Assembly: GCA_964016885.1 (NCBI GenBank)
Contig: OZ024762.1
Location: 5,456,001-5,520,000 of the forward strand
Direction of reading: 5' to 3'
Source of the DNA: Eledone cirrhosa
Taxonomy: Eukaryota
DNA length: 64,000 bases
Shown one piece after another: positions 54,379 to 64,000 of this stretch. The position numbers and the translations under genes are program-made. The notes beneath the pieces are model-generated. The model searched no databases. It saw only the letters and a program-made list of their open reading frames with translations, and was not told the origin of the DNA. Position 1 is the stretch's first letter, and the number at the start of each line of letters is the position of its first letter.

Positions 54379-54552
54379 CCCTTTAGCATTTAAACTGCCC
54401 GTATCCGAGTATTGTTCTCAAAATAAATAATATCAATATTATGTGAGGTAAAGCCTTTACAATGAAAATATAATAGTATCATCATCATCGTCATTTAACG
54501 TCTATCTTCCACGCTAGCATGGGTTATATAGAGTAATGTAAATGCTAAAGGG
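54379..54552 (-). mobile_element. piggyBac-like MITE with an inserted RTE/SINE tail
   Basis: TTAA flanks; (CAT)n...CTAGCATGGG insert at ~54478-54525. Confidence 0.8.
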
Positions 54553-54685
54553 TTAAATGCCCAGGACATGCAGTGTGTAAGGATTGCACCCCTGAGGCAA
54601 ATTTAAGAGTTAAGGACACTTTACTTTTATTTTTAAAGCCAATCCAGGTTTATTTAATTATTTATTTGTATATATTTAATTTCAG

Positions 54686-54782
54686 ACCTACCATGATTCC
54701 ATGAAGAAACTCCATCTATTGAGCAATGAGGAGCTCAAACAAATATTTGGATTTCTTGACTCTCTTATACCAATCCACCAAG
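54686..54782 (+). CDS. ARHGEF3: Exon F (TYHDSMKKLHLLSNEELKQIFGFLDSLIPIHQ)
   Basis: tttcag acceptor, AG|gtaaca donor with phase-1 end; IFG.LDSLIP.H motif. Confidence 0.96.
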
Positions 54783-54871
54783 GTAACACCCACCATTCTG
54801 CTTTAGAAACAACATTGATTGTCAAAAAAGAAAATTGATTTTTTTATAGATAGGACAACAGATTAAGTGAT

Positions 54872-56920
54872 GTTCCAGTTCATTGCACTTACAGTCCCAA
54901 CCCTACCAAGGTCAAAGTTACATTTGTTCCAGTTCATTGCACTTACAGTCCCAACCCTACCAAGGTCAATGTTATATTTGTTCCAGTTCATTGCACTTAC
55001 AGTCCCAACCCTACCAAGGTCAATGTTATATTTGTTCCAGTTCATTGCATTTACAGTCCCAACCCTACCAAGGTCAAAGTTACATTTGTTCCAGTTCATT
55101 GCACTTACAGTCCCAACCCTACCAAGGTCAATGTTATATTTGTTCCAGTTCATTGCATTTACAGTCCCAACCCTACAAAGGTCAATGTTACATTTGTTCC
55201 AGTTCATTGCACTTACAGTCCCAACCCTACCAAGGTCAATGTTATATTTGTTCCAGTTCATTGCACTTACAGTCCCAACCCTACCAAGGTCAATGTTATA
55301 TTTGTTCCAGTTCATTGCATTTACAGTCCCAACCCTACCAAGGTCAAAGTTACATTTGTTCCAGTTCATTGCACTTACAGTCCCAACCCTACCAAGGTCA
55401 ATGTTATATTTGTTCCAGTTCATTGCATTTACAGTCCCAACCCTACCAAGGTCAATGTTACATTTGTTCCAGTTCATTGCACTTACAGTCCCAACCCTAC
55501 CAAGGTCAAAGTTACATTTGTTCCAGTTCATTGCACTTACAGTCCCAACCCTACCAAGGTCAATGTTATATTTGTTCCAGTTCATTGCACTTATAGTCCC
55601 AACCCTACCAAGGTCAAAGTTACATTTGTTCCAGTTCATTGCACTTACAGTCCCAACCCTACCAAGGTCAAAGTTACATTTGTTCCAGTTCATTGCACTT
55701 ACAGTCCCAACCCTACCAAGGTCAAAGTTACATTTGTTCCAGTTCATTGCACTTACAGTCCCAACCCTACCAAGGTCAAAGTTACATTTGTTCCAGTTCA
55801 TTGCACTTACAGTCCCAATCCTACCAAGGTCAATGTTACATTTGTTCCAGTTCATTGCACTTACAGTCCCAACCCTACCAAGGTCAAAGTTACATTTGTT
55901 CCAGTTCATTGCACTTACAGTCCCAACCCTACCAAGGTCAATGTTACATTTGTTCCAGTTCATTGCACTTACAGTCCCAACCCTACCAAGGTCAAAGTTA
56001 CATTTGTTCCAGTTCATTGCACTTACAGTCCCAACCCTACCAAGGTCAATGTTACATTTGTTCCAGTTCATTGCACTTACAGTCCCAACCCTACCAAGGT
56101 CAAAGTTACATTTGTTCCAGTTCATTGCACTTACAGTCCCAACCCTACCAAGGTCAAAGTTACATTTGTTCCAGTTCATTGCACTTACAGTCCCAACCCT
56201 ACCAAGGTCAATGTTATATTTGTTCCAGTTCATTGCACTTACAGTCCCAACCCTACCAAGGTCAATGTTATATTTGTTCCAGTTCATTGCACTTACAGTC
56301 CCAACCCTACCAAGGTCAATGTTACATTTGTTCCAGTTCATTGCACTTACAGTCCCAACCCTACCAAGGTCAAAGTTACATTTGTTCCAGTTCATTGCAC
56401 TTACAGTCCCAACCCTACCAAGGTCAAAGTTACATTTGTTCCAGTTCATTGCACTTACAGTCCCAACCCTACCAAGGTCAATGTTATATTTGTTCCAGTT
56501 CATTGCACTTACAGTCCCAACCCTACCAAGGTCAATGTTATATTTGTTCCAGTTCATTGCATTTACAGTCCCAACCCTACCAAGGTCAAAGTTACATTTG
56601 TTCCAGTTCATTGCACTTACAGTCCCAACCCTACCAAGGTCAATGTTATATTTGTTCCAGTTCATTGCACTTACAGTCCCAACCCTACCAAGGTCAATGT
56701 TACATTTGTTCCAGTTCATTGCACTTACAGTCCCAACCCTACCAAGGTCAATGTTATATTTGTTCCAGTTCATTGCACTTACAGTCCCAACCCTACCAAG
56801 GTCAAAGTTACATTTGTTCCAGTTCATTGCACTTACAGTCCCAACCCTACCAAGGTCAATGTTACATTTGTTCCAGTTCATTGCACTTACAGTCCCAACC
56901 CTACCAAGGTCAATGTTATC
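54872..56920. repeat. 54-bp homogeneous minisatellite, ~38 copies
   Basis: Unit GTTCCAGTTCATTGCACTTACAGTCCCAACCCTACCAAGGTCAAWGTTAYATTT; 18-aa periodicity in the ORF track. Confidence 0.97.
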
Positions 56921-57254
56921 GTCTATCTGTTTTGTTCCAGTTCATTGCACTAACAGTTCAAATCCTGCAGAGGTCAACATTACCTTTATTCTGGTTGATT
57001 GCATTCACAGTTCAAATCCTGCCAAGGTTAACACTGCCGTTCATCAATTCAATGTCGATAAATAAAGTACAATCCAGGGGTGGAGAATTGTTGGAATTGT
57101 TTGTAGCCCCGGATGAGATGCTGTGTGGCCTCTGATCCAGCTGTGGGCATCCCGAGTTCAAATCCCACCTCCTTGTCAGAAGTTATGACCAGTAATTAGT
57201 ATCACCAATAGAGAGGACTCTTCTATCAGCTCAAAGATAGGACAACCTTTCTAG

Positions 57255-57720
57255 TACTGGTGCCATGATAAAATGCACCTGGTACACTCTGCATAGTAGT
57301 TGGCATTTAAGAAGAGCATCCATCCATAAAAATCATACAAGAACAGTAGAAAGAATTCTTCAGTAACATCAAGGACAAAACAACCACTCTATTGCTGGTG
57401 CCATGATGAAATGCACCTTGTACACTCTGCAAAATGGTTGGCATTAGGAAAGATATCCAACCATAGAAACTATACTAAAACTAGGTAGAGAAGACTATTT
57501 GGTCACATCAAAGACAAAACAACTTCTATGTTGAAGCCATGATGAAATGCACCTTGTACACTCTGCAAAGTGGTTGACATTAGGAAAGATATCCAGCTGT
57601 AGAAAGCATTCCAGAATGGAATGTATTGAGTGAGAGGTGATCACCTAACCCATCTAGTAAGACAGTAGCTCCGATTAAGTACTGACTTGGTCAATAACGA
57701 CCTGTCCAACTAATGCTGGC
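57255..57720 (+). repeat. Degenerate ~135-bp repeats of the RTE/SINE 3' tail
   Basis: GCCATGAT.AAATGCACC.GTACACTCTGCA..GGTTGGCATTAGGAA repeated three times. An analogous minus-strand array lies at 59690-60290. Confidence 0.7.
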
Positions 57721-57781
57721 ATGACATAAGATAACAAAGACACAGTAATGATTCCCGAGACAAATATAAGAAGGGGTTTAA

Positions 57782-57990
57782 CTCTTTAACATTTAAACCA
57801 ACCGTATACGGCCAGAATTCTCTCACCTCTTTCTGTTCAAACTGGCCATAACCAGCCACTCATACTGATGTTAAAGGCATTTTTCTCCAAATAAATAATA
57901 TCAAAATCTTAGAGATTTGAAATTTTTATGAGATAAAGCCTTTTCTGTGAAAATAAGTAGTAAATATAGAGTAATGTAAATGCTAAAGGG
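57782..57990 (-). mobile_element. piggyBac-like MITE copy
   Basis: TTAA flanks, same TIRs. Confidence 0.83.
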
Positions 57991-58064
57991 TTAAAAATTT
58001 TGTGATAATAACTTGCACTAGTTGATTTATGTAAACTAAGAATATTTTCTTGTTTAAATTTCAG

Positions 58065-58141
58065 CTTTAGTTGACAGATTAGTTGTTCAAAGACTGCCAG
58101 ATGGAACCACAGAAGGTGTAGGAAATCAGATCAAAGAATGG
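58065..58141 (+). CDS. ARHGEF3: Exon G (ALVDRLVVQRLPDGTTEGVGNQIKEW)
   Basis: tttcag acceptor in phase 1, TGG|gtaaag donor; R.PDG.TE.VG....W motif. Confidence 0.95.
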
Positions 58142-58600
58142 GTAAAGAATTTCATGTTATTCTGTTGGGTTTAATGATTGAATAATGGCATATATGAATA
58201 CATGTTTAGGTATAATAAACATTTAGCATTGATTTATTTAAAGTTTTTATGTTGTAGCTATGTCAGTATTTGGTGTAAGAATGCTATATTTAGGTATAAT
58301 AAACATTGTCACAGCTACCTCAGTAACTGGTGTAAGAAATCATGATTAATTCTAGTAAACATACATTTAGTCTCTCTGGCTCTATTCAAAGTTGTAATTT
58401 ATATCACAGCTGTATCAGTACCTAATGTAAGAACACTGTACACATGTATTTCAGGATTATTGTCCATCTTTAGCAGATTCTTACTTTCATTGAGATATGA
58501 AAGTCTAATGGATATTGTAAACAGACTATTTTTGTTGAAATCATTGCAACCATTATATGATCCCATATACAATATCTCTATATATAAAACTGAGGATGTC

Positions 58601-58636
<36 letters not shown>

Positions 58637-59204
58637 TGTGAGTTTGAATCCCTAAAACTCGAGAAGTACCAAACCGATTTTTTTTCAAACTTTACATGTG
58701 TATTACTTATGTTTCAGGGAGTTTATAGGGATTCATTTGAATTGATAAAGCTGTGTTTAGATATTTTCTGCTAAATCACTACAGGATCATCATCATCATC
58801 ATCAAATTCATCATCGTTTAACGTCCATTTTTCCACGCTTGCATGGGTTAGATGGGCTGTCCACGGCGGGAGCAAGTCTGACCAGGGTTAGCCATGTGTT
58901 GCACCTTGCTCCGGTGAGGACTTTAAATTTGGCTGGGTATTTTTCAGCTGGATGCCCTTCCTAACACCAGCCATGTTTACAGTGTGGTGTTAAGAAATAA
59001 TACTGCAAATGTTCACAACAATCTATCCACTAGTAAAGATATTCTAAACATTTGAATGAACAAACTCATTTTATACTAAATCAATACAAGTTGAATTCTT
59101 CCTAAACCATCGGGCTATTAGTTCTTCCCCTCTTGTATTGATCAGTGCTCTGTATTTTCTTTGATTGTGAAGCAAATGTTTCCTTTCTTTTGTCACATAT
59201 CCAG

Positions 59205-59361
59205 GTGCCCAGCTTGTGCCAGTACATCCAAGTTTGTGCCAACCAGGTGTTCGCTAAGGCCCTGCTTGATGAAAAGAAGTATGATCCAGGTGTGGACGAT
59301 TTTCTGCAAAGATGTATGGAGTCTCCCTTCAGTAGGAAACTGGACCTTTGGGGGTTACTAG
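59205..59361 (+). CDS. ARHGEF3: Exon H (VPSLCQY...AKALLDEKK...FLQRCMESPFSRKLDLWGLL)
   Basis: ccag acceptor, G|gtcagt donor; family-diagnostic ESPFSRKLDLW motif. Confidence 0.97.
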
Positions 59362-59386
59362 GTCAGTTGTGGTTTTTTTAAATTAT

Positions 59387-59417
<31 letters not shown>

Positions 59418-60349
59418 CAACCACCAACACCATCTTCAACATCATCCTCCCATTATCATCATTTTTATCACTGCTGCCACTACCATCATCATCACCACCA
59501 TTATCATCATCATCACCACCATCATCACTATTGTTGTTATCTTTATTACCACCATCGACACCACAATGTTCATCGTTATCATTTTCTATAATCACTCCTA
59601 CCCCATGTGTGAAGATATGTGGCCTTGTGGTTAAGGTGTTGGAATGAGTTGTACATTATAACCTTGAGCATGACATTTCATCTTGCTTACATTCTCATAC
59701 TTTACAGAGTGTACTGGGTGGCTTTTATTATGACACCAGCAGTAGGGAATTTTTCATGCCTTGGACACACTGAAGACTCCTCTCAACCCCTTTTTTTATG
59801 TGGTTTCCACAGCTTGGTACTCTTCCTAACACCAATGACTTTACAGAGTGTACTGGGCGCATTTTATCATGGCACCGGCACTGGAAAGTTTGCCATGTCT
59901 TTGAGACATCTAAAGAGTCCTCTCAAACCTCTTTTTAGGGGTGGTTTCTACAGTTGGATGCTTTTCCTATCACCAACTACATTACAGAGTGTACTGGGTG
60001 TATTGGCACCAGCACTAGAGCGTTCGTCATGTCTCTCACATAACTGAAGTGTCCTGCCCATCCTGTCACCCACCACTTTACAGAATGTACTGAGTGATTG
60101 TTTATCATGTGGATCACCGACACTGGGGAGGCTGTCATGTCTATGACACAGCTGAAGTATTCCCCTCACCCTTTCTGTGGCAAGTTTTCTACAGCTGGCT
60201 GCCCTTCATAACACCAACGACTTTACAGAGTGGACTGGGTGTATTGGCAGCAGTTTATTATGTCTCTCATACAACTGAAGAGTCTCACCCTTCTTTTCAG
60301 TAACCATATATGGTATCCTCTGATAATATTCCCTCTTCTCTATTTCTAG

Positions 60350-60408
60350 ATGGTCCTCGCAGTCGCTTCTTGAAATACCCATTGTTGATAAAGAGCATCC
60401 AGAGATAT
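60350..60408 (+). CDS. ARHGEF3: Exon I (DGPRSRFLKYPLLIKSIQRY), DH CR3
   Basis: ttctag acceptor in phase 1, TAT|gtaagt donor. Confidence 0.96.
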
Positions 60409-60936
60409 GTAAGTATGGGGGTGAGGGTGTTTCTCTGTCTATTATCTTCAGTCTTTCTCTCTCTCACCTTCTCTGTCTCCCTTTCTCTCAATCTCTCTCT
60501 CTCTCTCTCTCCCTCTCCTGCTCTCTCAATCTCTTTCTCACCCTCTTTCTGGAAGGGTATCCAGCTGTAGAAAACCTGCCAGATAATCCTATACGCGCGA
60601 GGCACAGTCACCTGACCAATCTTGCCTCAAGTGGGACAATTCCTGTCTAACCTATGCTAGCATGGAAGATAGATGTTAAACGATGACGATGATGATGATG
60701 ATCATCATCATTTTACGTCGGCTTTTCCCTGCTTGCAAGGGTGGGACGGTATATATATATATATACATATACATACATATATATATATACCATTTATGTT
60801 GGATAGTTTAATGAATGGGTAGATCTAGATTCATAGGCTGACCAAGGGGCTCATATACTCTAATATTTGATTATTTTCTGCAGTCAGTGTCGGTGAAAGC
60901 TTCATCATCATCATCATCATCATTATTTAGCGTCCA

Positions 60937-61332
60937 GGGCGGTGGATTGGCAGTATCGGTAGAGGGTCAGACGCCATGCTTTGACGCATTGAGTTACGGC
61001 CCTTGCCATTCTGAGTTCAAATCCCGCCGAGGTTAACTTTGCCTTTCATCCTTACGGGGTCGATAAAATAAAGTACCGGTAATACACTGGGGTAATAGCT
61101 GGCCTTGTGCCAAAAGTAGAAACAATTATTTAGCGTCCAGAAGTGCGGTGAATGGCAATATCGGTAGAGGGTTGGACGCCATGCTTTCTAGCATAGTTAC
61201 ATACCATTATGGTCTGAGTTCAAATCCCGTCGAGGTTAACTTTGCCTTTCATCCTTACGGGGTCGATAAAATAAAGTTCCAGTAATACACTGGGTTAATT
61301 GCTGGCCTTGTGCCAAAAGTAGAAACAATTAT
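60937..61332 (+). mobile_element. Tandem pair of the second SINE family inserted into an RTE-SINE tail
   Basis: Two full copies, with TAGCGTCCA repeated at the junctions (TSD-like). Confidence 0.85.
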
Positions 61333-61453
61333 CTAGCGTCCATTTTCCATGCTAGCATGGATCTAATTTTATTTTCACAACTTTGTCTCCACTATATTAT
61401 ATTTTTTGTTAGTCAAGTATTTGACCAAACTCCTTTGTCTCTGTCTTTTCAAG

Positions 61454-61495
61454 ACTAAATCTGACAGTGACGATTACCAATGTCTCAAAGATTCG
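61454..61495 (+). CDS. ARHGEF3: Exon J, 42-nt (TKSDSDDYQCLKDS)
   Basis: cttttcaag acceptor, TCG|gtgagt donor. Fills the T...D...L..A gap of the DH C-terminal helix. Confidence 0.9.
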
Positions 61496-61922
61496 GTGAG
61501 TGTTCGTGTTTTTCTGTTTTTTTCTCCTTTTCTTTTCTTTATAGTCATCATTACACCCTATTGTTATTTTTACCACCACCACCACACTATCATCATTACC
61601 ATCATCTCTGCCACTGCTACACCATCACTGCCGCCACTACACCATCACCGCCACCACCACACCACTACCATCATCACTACCACTACACCATTATCACCAT
61701 CCCTGCCGCCACTACACCATCACTGCCACCACTACACCATCACTGCCACCACCACACTACCACTACACCATTACCACCATCTCTGCCACCACCACCATCA
61801 TCATTACCACCATCACCTACACCATCACCTACACCATCACCTACACCATCACCACCACAAGTAAAACAATAAAAGAGTATATCATTTTCTTTATATTAAT
61901 GTTTTGTTGTATTTCTATCCAG

Positions 61923-62024
61923 CTAAAACTCATTGAAAAGCTGATTACTGAAGCAGATGAGAAAATAGGTGAAGTTAAATGTACATTATACAAATCTAAA
62001 CTGTCCTATGTTTATGAAGACCAG
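61923..62024 (+). CDS. ARHGEF3: Exon K (LKLIEKLITEADEKIGEVKCTLYKSKLSYVYEDQ), GC donor
   Basis: tatccag acceptor, CAG|GCAAGT donor; GE..C..YK..L.Y..E.Q motif. Confidence 0.92.
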
Positions 62025-62346
62025 GCAAGTTTTTAACCCTTTTCTTATATTTATAATCAGTATTTCGAGGGTGGTGGATTTGCAGTATCAGTGGAGCGTT
62101 GGACCCCATGTTTTGTAACATATAGTTACGGCCCTTTATGTTCTGAGTTCAAATCTTGCCGAGGTTAGCTTTGCCTTTCATCCTTACGGGGTCGATAAAA
62201 TAAAGTACCAGTCATGCACTGGGATCGATTTAATCAATTTCCCCTCCCCCCCAAAATTGCTGGCCTTGTGCCTATATAAGAAACCATTATCACATGACAT
62301 ATGTTCTAAATTAATATATCATAATTATCCATCTTTAATATTACAG

Positions 62347-62415
62347 AAAGTTGATTCCGTTGATGAGTCCACAAGTTTTATTTGCAGTGGTGTACTAAAG
62401 AACAACAAAGGCACT
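62347..62415 (+). CDS. ARHGEF3: Exon L (KVDSVDESTSFICSGVLKNNKGT), start of PH domain
   Basis: ttacag acceptor, ACT|gtaagt donor; C.G.LKNN.G motif. Confidence 0.95.
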
Positions 62416-62463
62416 GTAAGTTGTTGACAAACCTTTAACTCATCAGACTTATTATTTGGTTAA

Positions 62464-62670
62464 CCCTTTAATGTTCAAACCGGCCAAAACCGACCAGAAT
62501 TCTCTACCTTTTTCTGTTGAAACTGGCTGTAACTGGTCACTCAAACTGATGTTAAAGTATTGTTCTCAAAATAAATACTTTCAAAATCTTATAGATTCGA
62601 TATTATGTGAGATAAAGCATTTACCATGAAAATGTAATAGTATATATAAAGTAATGTGAATGCTAAAGGG
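62464..62670 (-). mobile_element. piggyBac-like MITE copy
   Basis: TTAA|CCCTTTAAT...GCTAAAGGG|TTAA. Confidence 0.85.
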
Positions 62671-63104
62671 TTAAAGTTGGTTGTTTTATTGAAGGTACCG
62701 ACAACTAGAGTATTATAGTTAATATGAAGTATTGTGAAATAGATAATAAATGACAAAGTTTCAGAAAGCCAGTACAATGTGGTAGAAATATATAAAGGGA
62801 AAAGGATGACAAATAAAACAAAGTAATGTTTTACTCAGTATATTTCAACCTGATATTTCAGGGCTAATACCCTCTTTTCAAATGTGAAATGGAAATGGTT
62901 CAAAACAAAATAAATGATCGATGTGTTATTCCTTAACTGAACCAAGTGTCTAAAGTACGCATGCATGGAGACGTTATAGTGGCCAGTTGGTCTTGGGGCT
63001 GTAGTTAATCATATTGACCCCAGTTTTAAAAAAAGCAACTAAAAAATGATAAAGTTAATTATATTACAGAACCTCTACCAATTCTTGATTATTTAAAAAA
63101 TTAA

Positions 63105-63740
63105 TTGTGAGTGGAGTTCCACTGAAGCAGGTGAAGAAGTTCACGTATCTCATGGTTGTGTTTACTAATGATGGAAAACAGGAGGCTGAATTAAGTGTGA
63201 GAAATGCAGGAGCTGGTGCAGCAGTGCACCACCTTCTACATTCGGTCATCTAAAGAAGGGAGGTAGATGTAAAAACCAAACTCACTATCTCCAATTTGGT
63301 ATTCATGCCAGCCTTTGCCTATGATCATGAATCTTGGGTAATGATCAAAAGAATACAATTGTGAATACAAATGGCCGAAATGGGGTTTTCTTCGAAGGGT
63401 CTTTGGAGTAACGTTACTCGATTGAGTGTGTAGCTCAGAGCGTTGCACCAGGTAGAGCTGCTATTTCTTCGAATTGAGAGATCACAGCTCCGGTAGTATG
63501 GGCATGTGGTTAGATTGTCTCAGGAAAGAATTGTTGGAGAGATTTTACGCGCAAAACCAACTGGCAGGGGATCCAGGAGTAGATCCCGAGCAAGATGGTT
63601 GGATATCATCCCTGAGCTCAGCTGGTCTTGCTTGGGGATCCAGTTGGATCTATAGAGACCATTGTTTCTGACCCACTGGAAGGAGTGTTTGAGGACTGTG
63701 ACCCCATGGCCCTCCCAGGAATGAATGGCTGAAGAAGAAT
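63105..63740 (+). mobile_element. Decayed RTE (Expander/Rex3-like) LINE 3' part
   Basis: QVKKFTYL..VFT.DGK, L.YDHESWVM, IQMAEMGFLRRVFGVTLLD with stops; (GAA)n tail. Related pieces at 47180-47285 and 49105-49335. Confidence 0.8.
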
Positions 63741-63891
63741 TTGAAATCTTAGGCAGTGTATTTGATTTGCAATATGGTAGTGGAAGGTTTTAAAATATTG
63801 GGTTTATACTTACAAAATATCTTATTAACATGTAAATTATGATTGATCACTGCCATAACTACTCATATAATGAACATTTTCTTTGTTGCAG

Positions 63892-64000
63892 AAACTGCAT
63901 GTGTTTCTTTTGGATAAAGTTCTCCTTGTTACCCGGCCAGTTACCAATAACAACCAACATGGTTTTCAAGTTTACCGACAACCAATTCCTGTCAGTATGT
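63892..64000 (+). CDS. ARHGEF3: Exon M, partial (KLHVFLLDKVLLVTRPVTNNNQHGFQVYRQPIPVSM...), PH domain
   Basis: ttgcag acceptor; KLHVFL and YRQPIPV motifs; open to the window edge. Confidence 0.95.

Larger units (their letters stand above)
2973..64000 (+). other. ARHGEF3: Multi-exon gene: ARHGEF3/NET1-like Rho guanine nucleotide exchange factor (DH-PH); 3' end lies beyond the window, 5' end uncertain
   Basis: 13 exons with AG/GT(GC) boundaries join in frame. Motifs recognised from human ARHGEF3/NET1: KRKRK..D..S..SLD, RVSSLANL.SPVK, EIKRQEAIFEL.QGE.DL..DL, YHD.M.KL, FLQRC.ESPFSRKLDLW, PRSR..KYPLL, LKNNKG.KLHVFL, YRQPIPV. Confidence 0.95.

Noticed and set aside
54872-56920. CRISPR-like array
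   Set aside because: Units are contiguous with no unique spacers, the context is eukaryotic, and there are no cas genes. The same applies to the 57-, 90- and 124-bp arrays.
54863-57135. 672-732 aa ORFs on both strands
   Set aside because: They are translations of a stop-free 54-bp intronic minisatellite, with no domain content.

Overview
This is eukaryotic, AT-rich, microsatellite-saturated genomic DNA. The SINE/RTE/MITE repertoire suggests a coleoid cephalopod, probably Octopus (inference). None of the long six-frame ORFs is a real gene; they are repeat artefacts. The window lies almost wholly inside one + strand spliced gene, an ARHGEF3/NET1-family RhoA GEF (DH-PH). I traced 13 phase-compatible exons from 2973 to the window end, including one GC-AG intron. 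The introns contain tRNA-derived SINEs of two families, RTE LINE fragments, eight TTAA-flanked piggyBac-like MITEs, Tc1/mariner/pogo MITEs, Helitron-like ends and many minisatellites, several visibly born from TE fragments. The most notable signal is a set of short (TA)n-embedded fold-back elements carrying hammerhead-ribozyme cores. One is a complete minimal type I hammerhead at 15950-16010 (-), and another is a 233-bp inverted repeat whose arms both end at a predicted cleavage site. These resemble non-autonomous Penelope-like/retrozyme elements. All of this was read by eye, with no database searches or folding programs.
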